In this document: positions 22,485-27,738 of the stretch, piece after piece
Numbering within the stretch: the stretch's first letter is position 1
How the letters are laid out: every line of letters starts with the position of its first letter
Assembly: GCA_964595665.1 (NCBI GenBank)
Contig: CAZQQS010000008.1
Location: forward strand, 1-27,738
Reading direction: 5' to 3'
DNA: 27,738 nt
From: an uncultured archaeon
GTDB lineage: Archaea > Iainarchaeota > Iainarchaeia > Iainarchaeales > 0-14-0-20-30-16
The notes under the pieces: model-generated
Database searches by the model: none
The model's input: only the letters and a program-made list of their open reading frames with translations
What the model was told of the DNA's origin: nothing
Made by a program: the position numbers and the translations under genes

Positions 22485-23046
22485 CTTCTTCTTTTTTGTT
22501 TTCATTGAATTCAAACTCATCTTGAGTTTCTATGCTTTTAGACATTTTTTCTATATAATGTTTTACTGCACCAATAGATGCACCATTAATAATTCGCATT
22601 AAAGCTTCATGACAAATTCTTATGTTAGATAATCTTCCTATAATAGAAATAGTTTTACCTTGAACAGAAATAAAACAATCTAATTGTTTTTCTAAATAAC
22701 CTCGAATAGAGCCTTGTGCACCAATAACTCTTGCTTTTCTATTGTGTGCGCCTCTTTCAGTATTTATTCCTAATTCATGTAAATTTATGATACTTAAAGT
22801 ATAATATTCATCTAATAATAGTTTGGCTTTTTCAGGATTGAAGCCTCGACCAATAGCTTTAATTACATTTTCTAATTTGTAAAAAGTTACAACATTTGCA
22901 TTTTTATTAGAGATTTCAATTTCTCCTTCTCCGTCTACATAAATTTTAGAATCAGTTAATTCTTCTAATTCTTTTTTTGTTTCTCCGTTTTTACCTATTA
23001 CTACTCCGACTCTTATTTTTGGTATTTTAATAAATATATTTGTCAT
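22471..23046 (-). CDS. KH-domain RNA-binding protein (archaeal Dim2/Pno1-like)
   Basis: It has two KH-like units: VGVVIGKNGETKKELEE and ARVIGAQGSIRGYLEKQ. It is coupled to the RIO kinase gene by an ATGA overlap, a pairing common in archaea. Confidence 0.75.
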   Translation of the reverse strand: MTNIFIKIPKIRVGVVIGKNGETKKELEELTDSKIYVDGEGEIEISNKNANVVTFYKLENVIKAIGRGFNPEKAKLLLDEYYTLSIINLHELGINTERGAHNRKARVIGAQGSIRGYLEKQLDCFISVQGKTISIIGRLSNIRICHEALMRIINGASIGAVKHYIEKMSKSIETQDEFEFNENKKEEDILD

Positions 23047-23789
23047 AATTTCACCTGTTTAATATCTAATTTAATTTCTTCTAATGTTTTATTTATTCCT
23101 AAAGGTTTAAAATATTTAATTAAATTTTTTAAATCTCTTTCTAAGAATATTTTTGCTTTATCATATTTTGTGGAAACACTTTGCCCCATATCAATGAAAT
23201 AAATCTTTTTCTTAAAGAATATTATGTTATATTCTGATAAATCTGCATGAACGGTTTTTGCTTTATATATTAAATTATTTAAGTTTTTAATTGTTTCTTT
23301 GTAAATTAACTCTGCATCTTTTTTATCAATATTATCATATTTTAAAGTATTTTGTGGAACTCCGTTAGAACCAATTAATTCCATTATTATTATATTTCCA
23401 TCTTGATCTATAGGCTTAGGAACTTTAACTTTATTATCGTAAGCATTTTTTAGATTAAAATATTCTCTTTCTGTCCAAGCATAAATTCTTTTTATTGGAT
23501 TCTTAGAGATTTTTTCTAAATCTTCATTATCAATGTAAGACTTTCTATTATGAAAGTAAGTAGTTTCAATTCTATAAATTTTAACAGCAACAAATTTTTT
23601 ACCAGCTTTTCCTATGAATAAATTTGCCTCTTTACCTTTAGATATTGGTCCAATAATATAATCTAAATTGCCTTTTCGTTCTATTTTTCTTAAAGACTTT
23701 TCAGTTCGATCATCAAAAACTTCTTTAAAGATTTTTCTTTTAACTTTTATATTATCTTTTTCAGTTGTTGCTAAAATATATTCATTCAT
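23043..23789 (-). CDS. rio1: RIO-type serine protein kinase (Rio1-like)
   Basis: ISKGKEANLF is the P-loop-like motif, VAVKIYR carries the Lys, HADLSEYNIIF is the catalytic loop and IDMGQSV is the metal-binding loop. There is no N-terminal wHTH, so it is Rio1-type rather than Rio2. Confidence 0.88.
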   Translation of the reverse strand: MNEYILATTEKDNIKVKRKIFKEVFDDRTEKSLRKIERKGNLDYIIGPISKGKEANLFIGKAGKKFVAVKIYRIETTYFHNRKSYIDNEDLEKISKNPIKRIYAWTEREYFNLKNAYDNKVKVPKPIDQDGNIIIMELIGSNGVPQNTLKYDNIDKKDAELIYKETIKNLNNLIYKAKTVHADLSEYNIIFFKKKIYFIDMGQSVSTKYDKAKIFLERDLKNLIKYFKPLGINKTLEEIKLDIKQVKL

Positions 23790-23793
23790 AATT

Positions 23794-24696
23794 TCACTTT
23801 TTAGAATATTGAGATTTCAAAGCTGTTGATCCATATCGAATTCCCATATTAGAATCAGAGTTGTATTTTGCAAAATATTTTCTTTTATTTATTGGTTTTA
23901 CTGATTCTAATTTTAATTTAATAATAGTAGTTAGATTTTTTGTTTTTGTAATTATTATTCCATTTGTAGAATTTATATCCACAATTAAATGAGGGTTATA
24001 TTTTTCTAAAATGGTTTTTAATAATTCTTTATTTGTATGGGTTTGCAATATTAATTTGCCATTAACTTGTAATGCATCACAGCAGTTTTGTATCGCTCTT
24101 AATTTATCTCCCACATAATCCAAAGACCACATAGAAACTATTAGATCATATTTGTTTTTAGGTAATCTATTATAAGTAAAATCAAAAGTTTTAACTTTTG
24201 GGTTTAATGATGGTAATAGATCTACTCCTTCATATTCTACTTTTTTTTTATTACTATTTTGAATATTTGGATATAATCTATTAAAATCTGTTCCTAAATT
24301 ACCTTCTCCAGCACCTAAATCTAATACTTTTACTTTTGTTTTTTTAAAAGAATCAATAATATTTTCTATTATTGGTTCAATTTCTATAAGTAATGGTTCT
24401 TTTTCTAATTCAGAATTATATGCTTCTAAATTTCGTTTTTTTTCATAACTCTTTCGATTTTGAAATCTTTTAGATAATATTGTAAGTTCTGCTTCTGGCA
24501 AATATCTAGGAATATATTTTAATTGATTTCTATTTTTTAATATTTCAATAATTCTTTTCATTCGTTCTTGTTTTTTATATTCTTCATTCATTTCCTCGCG
24601 AGATCTAGGTCTAGTATACTCTTTTAATTTTGCTATTTGTTTTAGTTCTTTAATCCTTTGAGGGTTTGGTCTTCCTGGAATTATTGGTTTTGGCAT
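23794..24696 (-). CDS. Class I SAM-dependent methyltransferase with a ~110-aa basic N-terminal extension
   Basis: Motif I is KVLDLGAGEGNLG, an acidic residue follows in EGVDLLP, and post-I/II motifs are DLIVSMWSLDYV...LQVNGKLIL. There is no N(L/I)PY motif. The N-terminus is rich in K/R/E (PKPIIPGRPNPQRIKELKQIAKLKEYTRPRSREEM...). Confidence 0.7.
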   Translation of the reverse strand: MPKPIIPGRPNPQRIKELKQIAKLKEYTRPRSREEMNEEYKKQERMKRIIEILKNRNQLKYIPRYLPEAELTILSKRFQNRKSYEKKRNLEAYNSELEKEPLLIEIEPIIENIIDSFKKTKVKVLDLGAGEGNLGTDFNRLYPNIQNSNKKKVEYEGVDLLPSLNPKVKTFDFTYNRLPKNKYDLIVSMWSLDYVGDKLRAIQNCCDALQVNGKLILQTHTNKELLKTILEKYNPHLIVDINSTNGIIITKTKNLTTIIKLKLESVKPINKRKYFAKYNSDSNMGIRYGSTALKSQYSKK

Positions 24697-24726
24697 AAAA
24701 TCACATATAAAATAAGCGAAGGGGAT

Positions 24727-25251
24727 TTAAAGATGTTTTGCTTTATTTGCAAATATTCGCAATTTATCTTTACCAGAAATTTCATTATAGATTTTCTGTA
24801 TTAAATTTTTCATAAATATGTTTGTTTTTGCTCTATACTCTAATTCTTTTAAAGAATTAAATTCTTTCTCTTTTTTAGCATCTAATATTTTTTCAGTTGT
24901 TTTTGGACCTAACCTAAAACTTATGGCTAAAGCTTTTTTTTGTAATTCAAAATCTTTATTAGAATTAATAAATTCTAAATATTTTTGTTCGTTATCTAAT
25001 ATAATTTTTTGTATTGCATCATAAACAATAAGTTTATTTGCTTCTTGAAATTCAATTTCAGAAATCCATTTATTTACATTTTGAACTTTATCTCGCTTTT
25101 CTTCACCTAAATAAAGTTTGTCTAATAAATCGCAAGTCTCATTATTTTTTAGCAGTAGTTCTAAAGGGGTAAAATTCTTATTACCTAATACAAAAACACA
25201 ATTTTTGTAATCCATTTTGTAGATTACATAACCATATTCTTCTTTATCCAT
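24727..25251 (-). CDS. DUF655-family protein (OB-like N-terminus plus C-terminal helix-hairpin-helix)
   Basis: EEYGYVIYKMDY... at the N-terminus and RLGPKTTEKILDAKKEKEFNSLKELE (HhH) at the C-terminus. It sits downstream of rpl21e-rpoF, the usual archaeal context for DUF655. Confidence 0.7.
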   Translation of the reverse strand: MDKEEYGYVIYKMDYKNCVFVLGNKNFTPLELLLKNNETCDLLDKLYLGEEKRDKVQNVNKWISEIEFQEANKLIVYDAIQKIILDNEQKYLEFINSNKDFELQKKALAISFRLGPKTTEKILDAKKEKEFNSLKELEYRAKTNIFMKNLIQKIYNEISGKDKLRIFANKAKHL

Positions 25252-25253
25252 GA

Positions 25254-25279
25254 CTACCTCTTTTCTAAAAAGAAAGGTT
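25254..25279 (-). repeat. HP1-like polypyrimidine/polypurine hairpin (partial relative of the three-hairpin module) between rpoF and the DUF655 gene
   Basis: The minus strand reads aaCCTTTCTTTTTAGAAAAGAGGtagtc-ATG. Its first 17 nt from CCTTTC are identical to copy C HP1 (cctttctttttagaaaa). Its 3' arm doubles as the Shine-Dalgarno GAGGT. Confidence 0.35.
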
Positions 25280-25609
25280 TTATGCTAAAATTTCTTTGAT
25301 ATCTTTTATTAATTTGTCTGTGTGTTCTACTTTTTTATATAATATTGTTTTTATTAATTCTTCATTTTGAGGCATAATATTTACTAATTCTATAACTGTT
25401 TTTTCATCTAAGCCTAATTCAGTTAATTGTTTTATTTTTTCTTTTGTTACTCCTTTTTTAGTTACTTTTAAAAGATATTCTTTCGTTTGTTGAACTTCAA
25501 AAGGTAATTCTTTATCTCTAGATTTAAAGTTTTCTGCAATGTCATTTAAATATTTGTTAGCATCAGAATTGTTTATTATTTGTGTACCTTTTATTTTGTT
25601 AGCAATCAA
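25280..25609 (-). CDS. rpoF: DNA-directed RNA polymerase subunit F (Rpo4)
   Basis: 109 aa. LTELGLDEKTVIELVNIMPQNEELIKTIL is the Rpb4/RpoF HRDC-like C-terminus. It lies directly after rpl21e, and it uses a TTG start 5 nt after an AGGTGG Shine-Dalgarno. Confidence 0.7.
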   Translation of the reverse strand: MIANKIKGTQIINNSDANKYLNDIAENFKSRDKELPFEVQQTKEYLLKVTKKGVTKEKIKQLTELGLDEKTVIELVNIMPQNEELIKTILYKKVEHTDKLIKDIKEILA

Positions 25610-25617
25610 AATACCAC

Positions 25618-25893
25618 CTATTTAATTGATTTTATGTGTGCTGGGCCCACTAAAACTTGTTTCTTTTCGTTAGGCACATCTACTAAGTAGCTTCTACCTC
25701 TTTTTTCAGCAACTATTGCTACTTTTCCTACAAATCTTCTAAAAGGTAAACCTTCGTGGTATCGTCCATTTGGTTTAATTACAACTTTATCCCCAACTTC
25801 ATAATCTGTTAAAAGTTTTTCTAAAGTTAATTTTGTTCCTCTAAATAAATATCTTGTATTTGCTCTCTTACCCTTAGGTTTCTTATTAGTCAT
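25618..25893 (-). CDS. rpl21e: 50S ribosomal protein L21e
   Basis: KGKRANTRYLFRG...YEVGDKVVIKPNG...GLPFRRFVGKVAIV...GRSYLVDV is the eL21 signature. An AAGGTGA Shine-Dalgarno is present. Confidence 0.9.
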   Translation of the reverse strand: MTNKKPKGKRANTRYLFRGTKLTLEKLLTDYEVGDKVVIKPNGRYHEGLPFRRFVGKVAIVAEKRGRSYLVDVPNEKKQVLVGPAHIKSIK

Positions 25894-25994
25894 TAAATCA
25901 CCTTAATATAAAAATAACTCGTCTAAATAGCTTTTAGATATAATATAATTATATAGTTATATTTATAAAGCTAACTAGATTTTAATTATAAATA

Positions 25995-27668
25995 ATGTTA
26001 ACTAAAATTAAAAAATATGCTAATTTTGATAAATTCTCAGTTTGTTTGATTATAATTAGTTTAATTGTTATTTTGATCTTTAAATTGATGTTTATTTCAA
26101 ACTTTATGTTAATAATTTCAACATTTTTATATGAGTTTGCAATATTTGCTTTTATTTTAAGTGTTACTTTGTTGATTAACTCTAATAATAAACGTTTTGC
26201 AAGAATTTTCTTTTTTATTAGCTATATTTTAAATATGTTATTGTTTGTTTTATGGTCTTATTTTTTAGATTTAATTGTAGGTCGGAAGGTATCAATTTAT
26301 TCTATAAATTTAGATGTAGTATCTTTTGTTATCTCAAAAATAATTAATTTAAAATATATTTTTCTTATTTTATTTGGGATAATTATTTTATTTTTAGTTT
26401 GTATTTTTATAAGTAAGTATTTTTTTAAACTAAAACGAAGAATCTTAATTATATTGTTATTTGGGAGTTTATTCTTAGGTTTATTTACTCCAATTGTATT
26501 CCAAGACAATTTTGATAATTTTTATAACAACAGTTTTAATTTATTTTTTCAAAAAGTTTCAAATAATAATCAAAAATATGATTTAAATTATAATTGTAAT
26601 TTAAATATAGATTTTTTAGAAAAAAAGAATTATCCTGATTTAAATCTAGATAGTAAATATTCTAAGATTGTGGTGTTTGTAATGGAAGAGGTTTTGTTTG
26701 ATAATTTTTATAAATATCAAAAGAAAATTCAAAAAGAATATAATTTTTATGAACAAAATAAACTGAATTCCCATTATTATTTTAATTATTATACTAATAA
26801 TCAAGATAGTACTACCTCAATAATTTCTATGATCTCTTCCAAGTTCATTCCAAATGAAGCTTATATTTATAATGAATCCTATAGCTTGTGCGCACATAAT
26901 TTATATTTTGATTATGATTTAGTAGACCTTTTTAATGATTATAATTATTATACTGTATTTTATGTTTCATCTATACAACCTGGTTGTGAATTAACTAAAT
27001 ATAGTTGGAAAAATATTGTTGACATAAGTGGCAGATTTGAGGATTTAAAAAAAACAAATATGTGTTTTAATCCATTTCCATACGATACAGCTTGTGAAGA
27101 TAAAGTATTATTAAATAAATTAATTCAAGATTTAAATAAAGAAAAAGTATTTATAATGCAAGAATTTATTTTTGGGCATAATAATTTATACCAAAAAACA
27201 AGTAAAAAATCGAAAACAGAATATTATAATGAATATTTCTACGAGTTTTATCAAAAAATTTTAGAAAATAATTGGGAAGATGATTTATTAATAATTTTAG
27301 TTTCTGATCATGGTAATAAAGGAATTCAAGCATATTCTAATTTACAAGGGTATAATATTCCTTTAATATTCGTTGCTAATGATTTGAATTATTTGGAAAA
27401 TTATGATTTACTTTCGCATTTAGATTTTAAAGATATTTTATTAAAATATAATTTTAATATAGACTTTAATCCTAGTAAAGAATTCTTTATTGTGGGGCCA
27501 ACTGCAAGTAATGTTTTTGGATATGTAAATAATGTTTTTTGGAATATTTTTAAAAAAGAATTAAATTATGTTAGTTTAATTAATGGCAATGTTTTGGATT
27601 TGCAAGAAGAATTAAATTGTTTTTTATATTATCAAAGAGAATTTAATAAGGGTATAACCATGCCTTAG
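25995..27668 (+). CDS. Membrane-anchored sulfatase / LtaS-like phosphotransferase (alkaline-phosphatase superfamily)
   Basis: About 5 N-terminal TM helices precede a soluble domain. That domain has IVVFVMEEV (metal-binding acidic residue), QDSTTSIISMISS (candidate nucleophile Thr/Ser) and LIILVSDHGNKG (the DH motif). Confidence 0.6.
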   Translation: MLTKIKKYANFDKFSVCLIIISLIVILIFKLMFISNFMLIISTFLYEFAIFAFILSVTLLINSNNKRFARIFFFISYILNMLLFVLWSYFLDLIVGRKVSIYSINLDVVSFVISKIINLKYIFLILFGIIILFLVCIFISKYFFKLKRRILIILLFGSLFLGLFTPIVFQDNFDNFYNNSFNLFFQKVSNNNQKYDLNYNCNLNIDFLEKKNYPDLNLDSKYSKIVVFVMEEVLFDNFYKYQKKIQKEYNFYEQNKLNSHYYFNYYTNNQDSTTSIISMISSKFIPNEAYIYNESYSLCAHNLYFDYDLVDLFNDYNYYTVFYVSSIQPGCELTKYSWKNIVDISGRFEDLKKTNMCFNPFPYDTACEDKVLLNKLIQDLNKEKVFIMQEFIFGHNNLYQKTSKKSKTEYYNEYFYEFYQKILENNWEDDLLIILVSDHGNKGIQAYSNLQGYNIPLIFVANDLNYLENYDLLSHLDFKDILLKYNFNIDFNPSKEFFIVGPTASNVFGYVNNVFWNIFKKELNYVSLINGNVLDLQEELNCFLYYQREFNKGITMP

Positions 27669-27738
27669 TGTTAGGTTTTTATAAATTAATATGTCTTATT
27701 ATATTTAGAGTTTTATGATTTTAAATTATCTATTAATA

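Noticed and set aside
24818-25024. Track ORF 24818..25024(+)
   Set aside because: It is antisense to the DUF655 gene.
26297-26509. Track ORF 26297..26509(-)
   Set aside because: It is antisense to the membrane domain of the LtaS-like gene.
1-27738. CRISPR arrays, rRNA genes, transposases, integrases or IS elements
   Set aside because: I saw no regularly spaced direct repeats, no rRNA-like conserved blocks, and no ORF with DDE, tyrosine or serine recombinase motifs. The only repeat family seen is the hairpin module described above.

Overview
This is a very AT-rich chromosomal fragment from a small-genome archaeon, DPANN-like by gene content and style. The archaeal call rests on topoisomerase VI A and B, RNA polymerase subunit F, ribosomal protein L21e, a RIO kinase, a KH/Dim2-like protein, DUF655, an archaeal-type tRNA-Gln (A1-U72) and an RNase P RNA. 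All homology calls come from motifs I recognise in the supplied translations, since no database search was possible.

Layout:
- 1-4.9 kb: a surface-glycan cluster. It holds a methyltransferase fragment, a DUF2334/deacetylase-like gene, a LicD gene broken by an in-frame TAG, a Wzx-type flippase, a HAD hydrolase and prs.
- 5.0-8.7 kb: a pyruvate:ferredoxin oxidoreductase operon (gamma-delta-alpha-beta) with a Bro-N/antirepressor-like gene wedged between delta and alpha.
- 8.7-19.1 kb: an accessory-looking stretch. Five toxin-antitoxin-like modules sit between an S-layer-type surface protein, a bacterial-type DisA diadenylate cyclase, a short RNase P RNA, tRNA-Gln and tRNA-Thr.
- 19.1-25.9 kb: top6A/top6B and a ribosome-biogenesis/transcription cluster (KH, RIO, methyltransferase, DUF655, rpoF, rpl21e).
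- 26.0-27.7 kb: an LtaS/sulfatase-like membrane enzyme.

The least explained signal is non-coding. A same-strand ~70-nt three-hairpin module occurs three times, and a related ACTATATCC(C)TTT junction motif recurs at the borders between core genes and TA cassettes.

Other notable points:
- porD has coherently lost one of its two Fe-S clusters.
- A PIN toxin has its start codon position reading ATA.
- The RNase P RNA is only ~238 nt.
- A non-KsgA methyltransferase occupies the slot where I recall ksgA.
- The ribosome-binding site is strongly stereotyped (RGTGA-N4-6-ATG), which shows several ORF-track GTG starts are really the Shine-Dalgarno.
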